Shown here: piece by piece, positions 1 through 11,169 of the stretch
How positions within the stretch are numbered: position 1 is the first letter of the stretch
How the letters are laid out: each line of letters starts with the position of its first letter
Source of the DNA: Phycisphaerales bacterium
GTDB taxonomy: Bacteria > Planctomycetota > Phycisphaerae > Phycisphaerales > UBA1924
Direction of reading: 5' to 3'
Length of the DNA stretch: 64,000 nt
Assembly: GCA_052168215.1 (NCBI GenBank)
Contig: JBQLZJ010000009.1
Coordinates: 16,049 to 80,048 of the forward strand
Notes under the pieces: model-generated
The model's input: the letters and a program-made list of their open reading frames with translations, nothing else
What the model was told of the DNA's origin: nothing
Database searches by the model: none
Program-made: the position numbers and the translations under genes

Positions 1-2362
1 CGCTCTCGATGAGTCGCTGCTCGTCCCCGTCTCCCGATCGAAGCTGGACGAGCTGCCGCTCGTAGGTCGGACCCGCGACATCGCGCATGAAGCGCACGAC
101 CTTGCGGATCTCGTGGTCGTCCACCAGCGTGCCCTGCGCGCGGTGCAGCTTGTGGCTGCGAGGGCTCAGATAGAGCATGTCGCCCTGGCCCAGCAAGAGC
201 TCGCCGCCCTTCTGGTCGAGCACGATCCGTGAGTCCATGCCGCTGGCGACCTTGAACGCCACCCGGCAGGGCATGTTCGACTTGATCAGGCCCGTGACGA
301 CATTCGCCTGCGGCCGCTGCGTCGCCAGGATCAGGTGGATGCCCACCGCCCGCGCCTTCTGCGCGATGCGGATGATCGAGCCCTCCACCTCCTTGTTCGT
401 CATCATCAGGTCGGCCAGCTCGTCGATGATGAAGACCATGTAGGGCAATCGGCGAGGGATCCGGGCCTTCTCCTCCTCGCTCTGCACGCCCATGCGCTCG
501 CACAGCTCGTCGAACGCCAGCTCGTTGTATCCAGAGATGTCCCGGCAGCCCGCTTCGGCGAGCAGCTCGTACCGCTCGTCCATCTTCTTGACGGCCCACT
601 CGAGGATCGCCGCGGCCTTGCCCATCTCCGTCACCACCGGGCACATCAGGTGCGGGATGTCCTTGAACTGGCTCATCTCGACCATCTTCGGGTCGACCAG
701 CACCAGCTTCAGCTCGTTCGGCTTCTTCGTGTAGAGGAAGCTCATGATGATCGTGTTCATGCACACCGACTTGCCCGAGCCGGTCGTGCCCGCGATCAGC
801 ATGTGCGGCATCTTCGTCAGGTCTTCGATCAGCGGCTCGCCCGACGCGTCCTTGCCCAGGAACATCGGCAGCTTCATCTTCTGGAAGCGCTCGCGGCTGG
901 ACATCAGCTCCTTGAGCCGGACCTTCTCCTTGGTCGGGTTGGGCACCTCGACGCCGACGGTGTCGCGCCCCACCTGATTCGCCACGATGCGGATGTTCAC
1001 CGCCTTGAGCGCGCGGGCCAGGTCGCTCTGGATGCTCGTCAGCTTGCTGACCTTCGTGCCGGGCGCGAGCTTGACATCGTACAGCGTGATCACCGGGCCC
1101 GATTCGATGCCCACGACCTCGCCGTCGATCTTGTACTGCTGCAGCGCGGCCTCGAGGTTCTCCGCCTGCTCGCGCACCAGTTCTTCCAGCGTCTCGCTGA
1201 AGCTCTCATCGGGCTCCTCGAGCAGGTCGAGCCCCGGGAAGCGGTAGCCCTCCAGCTCCGCGACATTCTGCAGGTCGCGCAGGTCCTCCTCGGTCGCCGT
1301 CGTCCGGTTCGCGCCGGCGAAGCGCAGCGGCAGCTTGGCGACCTTGTCACGGATCGCCTCCTCGCTGAAGACCTGCGGCGCACCGGGCAGGCCGTCTTCG
1401 TCGTCCTCTTCTTCGTCGTCCTCGTCGTCGTCCTCGTCGTCGTCCTCGTCGTCGTCCTCGTCGTCGTCCTCGTCCTCGTCCTCGTACTCGTACTCGTCTT
1501 CCTCGTACTCGTCCTCGGTCTGGTCTTCCTCGTAGTCCTCGTCCTCGAGCTCCTCGGCGGCGCCCAACCCGCCGGCCGTTTCCTTGACGCGGACCGATGT
1601 CGCCTTCCGCTTCCGCTCGGTGGCGCGCCGCTTGCGTCGTGCCTCGGTGAACTCGGCCTCCTGATCGTCATCGAGATCGTCGAGCCGAACCCGTCGGGCA
1701 CGCAGGCGCTGGGTCCTGTCCCACGCGCCACCCATCACGCGCGCCACGAACCGCCCGAGCAGCCCCGATCCCGCGCGGACCGTGCCCGACCGCTCCAGCG
1801 CCCACGCCGGCACCAGGAGCAGCCAGCGGTCCAGCGAAACCACCAGCCCGAGCAGAGCCGCCATCGCGAACGCCAGCGTCGTGCCCAGCCCGCCGAATCG
1901 GCTGCCAAGCTCGGCCGAGGTCACCAGCCCGACCGTCCCGCCCGGCAACCCCGCGATCGGCCCCGTCGCGGGCAGCAGGTGCCCTTGCAGCCCCGCCAGC
2001 CCGCCCGCGGCGAACACCAGCCCGGCGAGCCGCACCAGCGGGTGATCCACCCGGCCGCCCCGGACCGGCACGACCAGCAGCGCCGCCGACCCGAGCAGCA
2101 ACGCCCACACGGACAACCCGAAGGTCTGGTACCCCCAGTGCGCCACCGCCGCCCCGGCCGGTCCGCACCAGTTCATCGTCGGGTCGTTCGGCGGCCAGAC
2201 CGCGTGGGACGGAGCGTCCGCCCCGTCGTAGCTTGCCAGCGAGGCGGCCGCGAAGATCCAGACCGCCCAGGCCACCACGAGCGCCCCCTTCGACAGGGGG
2301 CTCAAGGGCTCGATCTCCGGCTCGGACCGGCGCGCGCGACCGCTCTGTCGTGTGGTACTCAT
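1..2362 (-). CDS. ftsK: DNA translocase FtsK/SpoIIIE; C-terminal end cut by the left window edge
   Basis: Absent from the ORF track because it has no stop in the window. My reverse-strand translation from the ATG at 2362 gives N-terminal TM helices and an acidic linker. It then gives ...KMPHMLIAGTTGSGKSVCMNTIIMS (Walker A, about nt 765-800), MVFIIDELADLMM (Walker B) and IHLILATQRPQANVVTGLIKSNMP. Confidence 0.9.
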   Translation of the reverse strand, partial: MSTTRQSGRARRSEPEIEPLSPLSKGALVVAWAVWIFAAASLASYDGADAPSHAVWPPNDPTMNWCGPAGAAVAHWGYQTFGLSVWALLLGSAALLVVPVRGGRVDHPLVRLAGLVFAAGGLAGLQGHLLPATGPIAGLPGGTVGLVTSAELGSRFGGLGTTLAFAMAALLGLVVSLDRWLLLVPAWALERSGTVRAGSGLLGRFVARVMGGAWDRTQRLRARRVRLDDLDDDQEAEFTEARRKRRATERKRKATSVRVKETAGGLGAAEELEDEDYEEDQTEDEYEEDEYEYEDEDEDDDEDDDEDDDEDDDEDDEEEDDEDGLPGAPQVFSEEAIRDKVAKLPLRFAGANRTTATEEDLRDLQNVAELEGYRFPGLDLLEEPDESFSETLEELVREQAENLEAALQQYKIDGEVVGIESGPVITLYDVKLAPGTKVSKLTSIQSDLARALKAVNIRIVANQVGRDTVGVEVPNPTKEKVRLKELMSSRERFQKMKLPMFLGKDASGEPLIEDLTKMPHMLIAGTTGSGKSVCMNTIIMSFLYTKKPNELKLVLVDPKMVEMSQFKDIPHLMCPVVTEMGKAAAILEWAVKKMDERYELLAEAGCRDISGYNELAFDELCERMGVQSEEEKARIPRRLPYMVFIIDELADLMMTNKEVEGSIIRIAQKARAVGIHLILATQRPQANVVTGLIKSNMPCRVAFKVASGMDSRIVLDQKGGELLLGQGDMLYLSPRSHKLHRAQGTLVDDHEIRKVVRFMRDVAGPTYERQLVQLRSGDGDEQRLIES
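1396..1550. repeat. Triplet microsatellite (core 12-mer gtcgtcgtcctc about x4 on the + strand) encoding the D/E/Y-rich linker of FtsK
   Basis: Read directly: cgtcgtcctcgtcgtcgtcctcgtcgtcgtcctcgtcgtcgtcctcgtcgtcgtcctcgtcctcgtcctcgtactcgtactcg. The reverse strand translates to ...EDEYEEDEYEYEDEDEDDDEDDDEDDDEDDDEDDEEEDDEDG. Confidence 0.8.
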
Positions 2363-2459
2363 ACGGCTCATTCATCGGGCCGCCGGAGCTTCGAGGATTC
2401 GATTTGCCCACCCGCCCCGCACCCTCGCCGAGCCGGCCGTGTGTTTGTATAGTGTCAGG

Positions 2460-4007
2460 ATGCTTGCCCGTGTTCAGTCCGCGTTGCTCCAGGGCATCGA
2501 CGCCCTGCCCTGCGAGGTCGAGGTCGACCACGACGAGGTCGGTCTGGATCGCGCCACGATCGTGGGCCTGCCGGACACGGCGGTGCGCGAGTCGCTCGAG
2601 CGCGTCCGCTCGGCGCTGGCGAACGGCGGGTACGCCTTTCCGGCAGGCCGCACGCTGATCAACCTCGCCCCGGCGGATCAGCGCAAGGAGGGCCCGCTGT
2701 ACGACCTGCCGATCGCAGTGGGACTCCTGCTGTCGCAGCGGCTCGTGCCGCCGGCGTCCTCGGGGCTCGATCATCGGCGGTACCTGTTCGCGGGGGAGCT
2801 GGCGCTCGACGGCCGGGTGCGCCCTGTGCCGGGCTGCCTCGCGATGGCGGCCCTCGCCGCCGAACTCGGCTTCGAGGGCGTGGTCGTGCCGGCGGACAAC
2901 GCGCGGGAGGCGGCCGTGGTCGCGGGCTCGCTGCCCGCCGCCGGGCCGGAGTTCCGCGTGCTGGGCGTGCGCACGCTGACGGAGGTCGCGTGCCTGCTGA
3001 CGGGGGCGATCGAGCCGGACCCGGTCGCGCCGGTGGATGTCGAGGGTCTGCTTGCCAGCGGGTCTGCCGCGGTCGATTTCGCGGATATCAAAGGGCAGGA
3101 GCCCGTCAAACGCGCGGCGGTCATCGCCGCGGCGGGAGGGCACAATCTGCTCATGCTCGGCCCCGCGGGCACCGGCAAGACGATGATCGCCCGTGCCCTG
3201 CCGGGCATCCTCCCGCCGATGACGCCCGCCCAGGCGATCGAGGTGACACGGATCTATTCCGCGGCCGGACGACTCCCGCCGGGCGTCGGGCTCATCGGCG
3301 CCCGTCCGGTGCGCACGCCGCACCACACGGCGTCCTCACCGGCCATCGTCGGCGGCGGCGCGGTGCCGAAGCCCGGGGAAATCTCGCTGGCGCACCACGG
3401 CGTGCTCTTCCTCGACGAGCTGCCGGAGTTCCAGCGCACCGTCCTCGAGACCCTCCGCCAGCCCACCGAGGACCATGTCGTCACGATCGCGCGGGCTTCG
3501 GGCTCGGTCCGATTCCCCGCGGACTTCATCCTCGTCGCCGCGATGAACCCGACGCCGGGCGGCGATCTCGCGCCCGGCGAGCAGGGCCGTCGCGACATGC
3601 AGCGGTATCTCTCTCGGATCTCCGGACCGATGCTCGACCGGATCGACATCCACATCGAAGCGCCGCGCGTTCCCTGGGAGCAGCTGGCCGAGGCCCCGCG
3701 CGGCACGGACTCGGCGAGGATGCGCCGGCAGGTCGACCTCGCGCGCGAGCGTCAGTGCGCGAGGCAGGGCCCGGAGCTGACCAACGCCCGCCTCTCGGGC
3801 CGTCAGCTCGACGAGCTGGCGCCGATGACCGATGCCGGGGTGTCGCTGCTGCGCCAGGCGATGACGGAGCTGGGGCTTTCCGCACGGGCGTACGACAAGA
3901 TCCGCCGGGTGGCTCGCACGATCGCCGACATCGACGCCGCGGAACGGATCGACGCCCCGCAGATCGCCGAGGCGATCCAGTATCGCCTGCTGGACCGTCG
4001 TCTGTAG
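2460..4007 (+). CDS. comM: Mg-chelatase-like AAA+ ATPase ComM/YifB
   Basis: ATG at codon 37 of track ORF 2352..4007 gives MLARVQSALLQGIDALPCEVEVD..., typical of the ComM N-terminus. Also EGPLYDLPIAVGLL, Walker A LGPAGTGKTM, and GEISLAHHGVLFLDELPEF. Confidence 0.9.
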   Translation: MLARVQSALLQGIDALPCEVEVDHDEVGLDRATIVGLPDTAVRESLERVRSALANGGYAFPAGRTLINLAPADQRKEGPLYDLPIAVGLLLSQRLVPPASSGLDHRRYLFAGELALDGRVRPVPGCLAMAALAAELGFEGVVVPADNAREAAVVAGSLPAAGPEFRVLGVRTLTEVACLLTGAIEPDPVAPVDVEGLLASGSAAVDFADIKGQEPVKRAAVIAAAGGHNLLMLGPAGTGKTMIARALPGILPPMTPAQAIEVTRIYSAAGRLPPGVGLIGARPVRTPHHTASSPAIVGGGAVPKPGEISLAHHGVLFLDELPEFQRTVLETLRQPTEDHVVTIARASGSVRFPADFILVAAMNPTPGGDLAPGEQGRRDMQRYLSRISGPMLDRIDIHIEAPRVPWEQLAEAPRGTDSARMRRQVDLARERQCARQGPELTNARLSGRQLDELAPMTDAGVSLLRQAMTELGLSARAYDKIRRVARTIADIDAAERIDAPQIAEAIQYRLLDRRL

Positions 4008-4055
4008 CGGCCGGCGGCGGTAGGCTCCCGTGTTCACCCCGAGGAGACCCCCGGC

Positions 4056-6041
4056 ATGCTTCGAATTCCGGTGATGTTCGCGTCGTTCGTGGCGGCCTCG
4101 GCTTCGGTCTCGGCTTGGGCGCAGGCACCGGGCCGACCCGCGCCGGAGTCCATCTTCGAACCGCTGGACTGGCCGAGCCACGATCCGAACCGGCTCGCGT
4201 CGGGCGCACCGGGGCCGGCGTACTGGCAGCAGCGTGCGGACTACCGCATCGCCGTGACGCTGGACACGGAGGCGCGGGCGCTCTCGGGGCGTCTGGCGTG
4301 CGTGTACACGAACAACAGCCCGCACGAGCTGCGGTACTTGTGGCTGAACCTGGATCAGAACGCGTTTCGGCCCGATTCGATCGGGGCGAGGGCCTTGCCG
4401 CCGGACATGTGGTGGCGCGTCCCCTCGGACTTTGTGGGCGGGTTCGAGCTGTCGGAGGCGTCGGTGGATGGCGCGCCGGTCGAGGTGCAGGTGTACGACT
4501 CGATGGGCAAGGTGCCGCTGCCCGGGCCGCTTGCGCCGGGCGCGTCGGTCACGCTGGAGCTGTCGTTCTCGATGAACATCCCGCCGCGTGGCCGGCTGGG
4601 CGTGTACGAGGGAAAGGCCGGCGAGGTCTTCCAGCTCGCGCACTGGTTCCCGAATGTCGCGGTCTACGACGACACGCACGGTTGGAATGTCTACCCCCAC
4701 CAGGGCGACGGCGAGTTCTACACGAACTTCGGGCGCTACGAGCTCGAGATCACCGTGCCGAGCGATCACATCGTCGCGGCGACGGGCGTGCTGGCCAACG
4801 CGGAGGAGGTGCTGACCGACGCGCAGCGCGCCCGGCTCGCCGAGGCGCAGCAGTCGACCGAGCCGGTGATCGTTCGCGGGTTCGACGAGATCCCCGACGA
4901 GCGGGCGTCGGACCAGCGCACCTGGCGGTTTGTTGCGGACGATGTGCGCACCGTCGCATGGGCGTCGAGCCGGGCGTTCCGCTGGGACGCGGCGATCGCC
5001 GACACAGACCGCCCGGTGCTCTGCCAGGCGTTCTACCCGCCCGAGGGGTTGGGCACCGACGAGCAACCCGGCTGGGAGCGAGCGGTCGAGTACGGTCGCC
5101 ACGCGATCAATTACTACAGCGAGTGGCTGATGGAGTACCCGTACCCGACGGCGACGAACATCGGCGGCGTTGTCGGCGGGATGGAGTACCCGATGATCGT
5201 GTTCTGCTCGCTCGGCCGCTCGCCGCAGAGTCTGTTCGGCGTGACGGACCACGAGTTCGGGCACATGTGGTACCCGATGATCGTCAACACGGACGAGCGT
5301 CGCCACGCCTGGATGGACGAGGGGTTCAACACCTTCATCAACCATTCGAGCTACAGCGACTACTGGGGTGAGGGCCGGCGGATCAGCGACGCCGAGTTCA
5401 TCGTCGAGAGGCGTCGCAACGGCCCGGTGCAGCCGATCGTGACCATCCCGGATCAGGTGCACAGCGGCGATCTGGGCTATCTGGCGTACGCCAAGCCGGG
5501 GTACGCGATGCGCGTGCTGCGCGAGGTCGTGCTCGGCGAAGATCGGTTCGACGATGCGTTCCGCGAGTACACCCGTCGCTGGGCGTTCAAGAGCCCGCGG
5601 CCCGAGGACTTCTTCCGGACGATGGAGGACGCGGCGGGCGCTGACCTGTCGTGGTTCTGGCGCGGCTGGTTCTACGAGTCGGCGTCGCTCGACCAGGCGG
5701 TGGCGGCGGTGCAGCCCACGGCGCAGCGCGGGCGGCTCACGGTGACGCTGGCGAACCTCGACCGCATGGTGATGCCGGCGGATGTGCTGATCACCTACGC
5801 CGATGGGTCCGAGGAGGAGCGGCGGCTGCCGGTGGAGGCATGGGCCCGCGCTGCGAGCTTCCCGATGTCGTGGGACGCCGAGGGACGGGAGATCGTTCGC
5901 GTCGAGGTCGATCCGCGGCACCGGCTTCCGGACATGGACCGCAGGAACAATGTGTGGGAAGCGCCGGCGCCGGCGGCCGCGGAGACCGACGGCGTTGGTG
6001 ATGCCGACGAGTCGCGCGTCATGCCGACGAAGAAGAGGTAG
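4056..6041 (+). CDS. Secreted M1-family (gluzincin) zinc metallopeptidase
   Basis: Signal-peptide-like MLRIPVMFASFVAASASVSAWAQA. GGMEYP (GxMEN-like). HEFGH followed 18 residues later by E (HEFGHMWYPMIVNTDERRHAWMDEGFNTF), which is HExxH-x18-E. Confidence 0.8.
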   Translation: MLRIPVMFASFVAASASVSAWAQAPGRPAPESIFEPLDWPSHDPNRLASGAPGPAYWQQRADYRIAVTLDTEARALSGRLACVYTNNSPHELRYLWLNLDQNAFRPDSIGARALPPDMWWRVPSDFVGGFELSEASVDGAPVEVQVYDSMGKVPLPGPLAPGASVTLELSFSMNIPPRGRLGVYEGKAGEVFQLAHWFPNVAVYDDTHGWNVYPHQGDGEFYTNFGRYELEITVPSDHIVAATGVLANAEEVLTDAQRARLAEAQQSTEPVIVRGFDEIPDERASDQRTWRFVADDVRTVAWASSRAFRWDAAIADTDRPVLCQAFYPPEGLGTDEQPGWERAVEYGRHAINYYSEWLMEYPYPTATNIGGVVGGMEYPMIVFCSLGRSPQSLFGVTDHEFGHMWYPMIVNTDERRHAWMDEGFNTFINHSSYSDYWGEGRRISDAEFIVERRRNGPVQPIVTIPDQVHSGDLGYLAYAKPGYAMRVLREVVLGEDRFDDAFREYTRRWAFKSPRPEDFFRTMEDAAGADLSWFWRGWFYESASLDQAVAAVQPTAQRGRLTVTLANLDRMVMPADVLITYADGSEEERRLPVEAWARAASFPMSWDAEGREIVRVEVDPRHRLPDMDRRNNVWEAPAPAAAETDGVGDADESRVMPTKKR

Positions 6042-6049
6042 GGGGTCGT

Positions 6050-6553
6050 TCAGAGCGCGATCGCCGCGCAGGCGTGCACGAGCAGCGCCGCGTACAACCC
6101 GGCGAGCAGGTCGTCCACCAGCACGCCCCAGCCGGCGGGCCATTTTTGTAAGCCATTGGCAGGCCATGGCTTGACGATGTCCATCGCGCGGAAGCACAGG
6201 AAGCAGAGCACAAGCGTGAAGGCGGCGAGCAGGGGGGTGGCCAGGGCGGCCGCGGGCAGGACCATGAGCGTCACGCACTGGCCGGCGGTCTCGTCGGCGA
6301 CGACATTGCCGTGGTCCTTCTTGCCGAAGACGGCCTCGGCCATGTCGCCCTGGGCGATGCAGGCGGCGGAGAAGAAGAGCATGATCGCGGCGAGGACGAG
6401 CAGGTAGACCGCCGGCGCGTCCTGCGGCCCCAGGCCGAGCGCGATCAGAACTCCCGCGACGACGACCGGGGGCATCGAGCCCCATGTGCCCGGCGCGGGG
6501 CGGATGCGGCCGAGCCCGAAGACGGTCAGGAATGGAAGTCGTGGCGTGTGCAC
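6050..6553 (-). CDS. pgpA: Phosphatidylglycerophosphatase A
   Basis: FGLGRIRPAPGTWGS..., FRAMDIVKPWP, and GWGVLVDDLLAGLYA match PgpA family hallmarks. The gene lies 3 nt downstream of pgsA. Confidence 0.8.
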   Translation of the reverse strand: MHTPRLPFLTVFGLGRIRPAPGTWGSMPPVVVAGVLIALGLGPQDAPAVYLLVLAAIMLFFSAACIAQGDMAEAVFGKKDHGNVVADETAGQCVTLMVLPAAALATPLLAAFTLVLCFLCFRAMDIVKPWPANGLQKWPAGWGVLVDDLLAGLYAALLVHACAAIAL

Positions 6554-6556
6554 GGG

Positions 6557-7351
6557 TTACGGTTCTCTCCGGCCGGTGCGAGCCGCGGCGAGGATGTAGG
6601 GAAGACCGCTGAGCACGGTCACGATCGTGGTGGACCAGGCGACCGCGGCGTTGAGCGATCGGCCGGTGGACGGCCCTGGCAGGATGAGGTCGTCGAACGG
6701 GTCGAGGCCGGTGAGGATGAGCACCGCCGGGATCGCGATCGATTGGACGACCATCTTGATTTTTCCGGCGGACCGGGCGGAGAAGTCCGCCCCGCCGGCT
6801 TCGATGAGTCCTCGGAGGCTGGTGATCAGCAGCTCCCGGCTGAGGATGACCACGACCATCCAGCCGGCGAATCCGGTCGCGGGCTGCAGGCTGAAGCCGA
6901 CGAAGCCGGGACCGGCGAGCAGGACGAACGAGCCGAGGACAAGGATCTTGTCGGCGAAGGGGTCCATGACTCGTCCGAAGCGGGTGACGGCGTTCCAGCG
7001 TCGGGCGAGGATGCCGTCGAGCGCATCGGTGGCGGCGGCGATGACGAAGAGCCCCGCGGCGAGGAGGAGCCGGTCGCCGCGATCATGGGTCAGATCGTGC
7101 GTGGCGAGGAGCCAGAACACGGCAACCGACAGCGCGAGCCGGACGCCGACGAGCGCATTGGGCGTGTGCAGCTTCCATCCGGCTGCGCGTGGTGGTTCGG
7201 CGATCGGTCCGGTCACGGGGCGATGGTACCGATCCGGCGCGGCTCGGCGCGGTTGAAGGGGTGGTGGGGCGGTTCTATCCTCAGCGGCGCTCGTGGGGGG
7301 TGGCCCGGTCAGGTCGCTGAGCCCCGGCCGAGCGCGGATCGGCCCGTCCAT
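6557..7351 (-). CDS. pgsA: CDP-diacylglycerol--glycerol-3-phosphate 3-phosphatidyltransferase (CDP-alcohol phosphatidyltransferase family)
   Basis: TDALDGILARRWNAVTRFGRVMDPFADK matches D-x2-DG-x2-AR-x8-G-x3-D-x3-D. TPNALVGVRLAL is a typical N-terminus. The start is uncertain: an in-frame GTG at 7216 would leave a more plausible divergent promoter gap to nuoJ. Confidence 0.75.
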   Translation of the reverse strand: MDGPIRARPGLSDLTGPPPTSAAEDRTAPPPLQPRRAAPDRYHRPVTGPIAEPPRAAGWKLHTPNALVGVRLALSVAVFWLLATHDLTHDRGDRLLLAAGLFVIAAATDALDGILARRWNAVTRFGRVMDPFADKILVLGSFVLLAGPGFVGFSLQPATGFAGWMVVVILSRELLITSLRGLIEAGGADFSARSAGKIKMVVQSIAIPAVLILTGLDPFDDLILPGPSTGRSLNAAVAWSTTIVTVLSGLPYILAAARTGRREP

Positions 7352-7380
7352 CAGGGCCCAGAAGAGCGGGGCCAGACGCC

Positions 7381-8427
7381 TTGGATTCCGTGATCAGCCC
7401 GGTCATCCTCTACGCACTGGCGGCGCTCGGCGGGCTGGGTGTGCTTCTGGCGATGCCGCGTCGCCGGTTCAGCCTGGCGCTGCCGGGCTATCTGGTCGGC
7501 ACGGTCGCGGGTGGGCTGGCGATGCTGGCGCTCGCCGCGGCGGGTCGTCAGACACCCGAGGGCGTGTCGGTCACGACGCCCAATGTGTACTTCTACATCT
7601 TCGCGCTGCTGGGTTTGGCGAGCGCGCTGCGTGTGATCACGCACCCGAAGCCGGTCTACTCGGCCCTGTATTTCATCCTGACGATCCTGGCGACGAGCGG
7701 GCTGTTCCTGATCCTGTCGGCGGAGTTCATGGCCTTCGCGCTCATCATCATCTACGCGGGCGCGATCCTGATCACCTACCTGTTTGTGATCATGCTGGCG
7801 ACGCAGGCGCCGAGCGAAGAGCTGGTCGAGAACCAGCCCGAGTACGACCGCGTGGCGAGGGAGCCGGTGATGGCGACGGTCGCCGGGTTCGTGCTGCTGG
7901 CGGCGGTGTCGACGATGCTGGCCCGCGGCGTGCCGATGCTGACGCCGGACCCCGCGGCGTACCGTGGCGATGAGCTCCTGGCCGGGTTCCCCAAGCGGAT
8001 CGAGCGGGCGCTGCGGGAGCAGCACCTGCTCGACGAGGGCGTCGGCATGCGGCCGGGCGAGCGTCTGGCGCGGGGCCTGTCCGAGTCGGGCGGACTCGGG
8101 CCGATCCTGGTCGACCACGAGTCGCGGACGGTGGTGGTGGAAGTGGCGACGGCGTCGGGCGACGGCGCGCGACGGACGGTGCCCTGGCCGGAGGACCTGC
8201 GGCTGTCGAACAGCGAGGGTGTGGGCTGGGAGCTGATCAAGGCGCACCCGGGCGCGATCGAGATCGCGGGTGTGATCCTGCTGATGGCGATGCTCGGGGC
8301 GACGATCCTGGCGCGGAAGCAGATCCAGATCGACGAGGACGCCAAGCGCGACATGGCGCTGGCGACGGCGCGGCGTCGCGGCGCGGGCGATGCGTCCTGG
8401 GCCGGCGGGTCGGAGGAGGTCGAGTGA
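7381..8427 (+). CDS. nuoJ: NADH-quinone oxidoreductase subunit J, unusually long (348 codons)
   Basis: TTG start. Contains VYSALYFILTILATSGLFLILSAEFMAFALIIIYAGAILITYLFVIMLA and a C-terminal GVGWELIKAHPGAIEIAGVILLMAMLGATILARK. The stop overlaps the nuoK start (gtgatg). Confidence 0.85.
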   Translation: MDSVISPVILYALAALGGLGVLLAMPRRRFSLALPGYLVGTVAGGLAMLALAAAGRQTPEGVSVTTPNVYFYIFALLGLASALRVITHPKPVYSALYFILTILATSGLFLILSAEFMAFALIIIYAGAILITYLFVIMLATQAPSEELVENQPEYDRVAREPVMATVAGFVLLAAVSTMLARGVPMLTPDPAAYRGDELLAGFPKRIERALREQHLLDEGVGMRPGERLARGLSESGGLGPILVDHESRTVVVEVATASGDGARRTVPWPEDLRLSNSEGVGWELIKAHPGAIEIAGVILLMAMLGATILARKQIQIDEDAKRDMALATARRRGAGDASWAGGSEEVE

Positions 8428-8783
8428 TGCTCGAGGCGCTTCCCACGCTCGCGCAGGCCGGGTTCCCCGAGCCGATGCACGCGATCACGCTGTACCACTA
8501 CCTGCTGGTCTCGGCGATCATGTTTGCGCTGGGGCTGATCGGGTTCGCGACCCGTCGGAACCTGATCATCATGTTCCTGTGCACGGAGATGATGTTCCAG
8601 GCGTCGGGCATCGCGCTGGTCGCGTTCGGCCGGTTCTATCTGGACTTCACGGGTCAGGTGTTCGTGATCTTCGTGCTGACGGTGGCGGCGGCCGAGGCGG
8701 CGCTGGCGTTGGCGCTGGTGGTCCTGCTGTTCCGGCGGAAGGAATCGCTCGACGGCACGGTGTGGTCCGCCCTGCGGGGCTAG
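8424..8783 (+). CDS. nuoK: NADH-quinone oxidoreductase subunit K
   Basis: YHYLLVSAIMFALGLIGFATRRNLIIMFLCTEMMFQASGIALVAF...VLTVAAAEAALALALVV. Size and pattern fit NuoK/ND4L. Confidence 0.9.
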   Translation: MMLEALPTLAQAGFPEPMHAITLYHYLLVSAIMFALGLIGFATRRNLIIMFLCTEMMFQASGIALVAFGRFYLDFTGQVFVIFVLTVAAAEAALALALVVLLFRRKESLDGTVWSALRG

Positions 8784-8805
8784 GTGTGGCAAAGGAGCCC
8801 TGCGG

Positions 8806-11168
<2,363 letters not shown>

Positions 11169-11169
<1 letters not shown>

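Noticed and set aside
1335-1535. Poly-serine ORF (66 aa, SSSSSS...).
   Set aside because: It is the + strand reading of the FtsK acidic-linker microsatellite, not an independent gene.
335-3326. Long track ORFs 335..2452 (+, 705 aa) and 1668..3326 (-, 552 aa).
   Set aside because: They are antisense or out of frame to ftsK and comM. Their translations are R/P/H/G/A-rich low complexity with no motifs. This is a typical high-GC artefact.
2990-6485. ORFs 2990..5371 (+, 793 aa) and 3336..6485 (-, 1049 aa).
   Set aside because: They overlap comM and the M1 peptidase, which carry clear catalytic motifs. These translations are Arg/Gly/Pro-rich with no recognisable domains.
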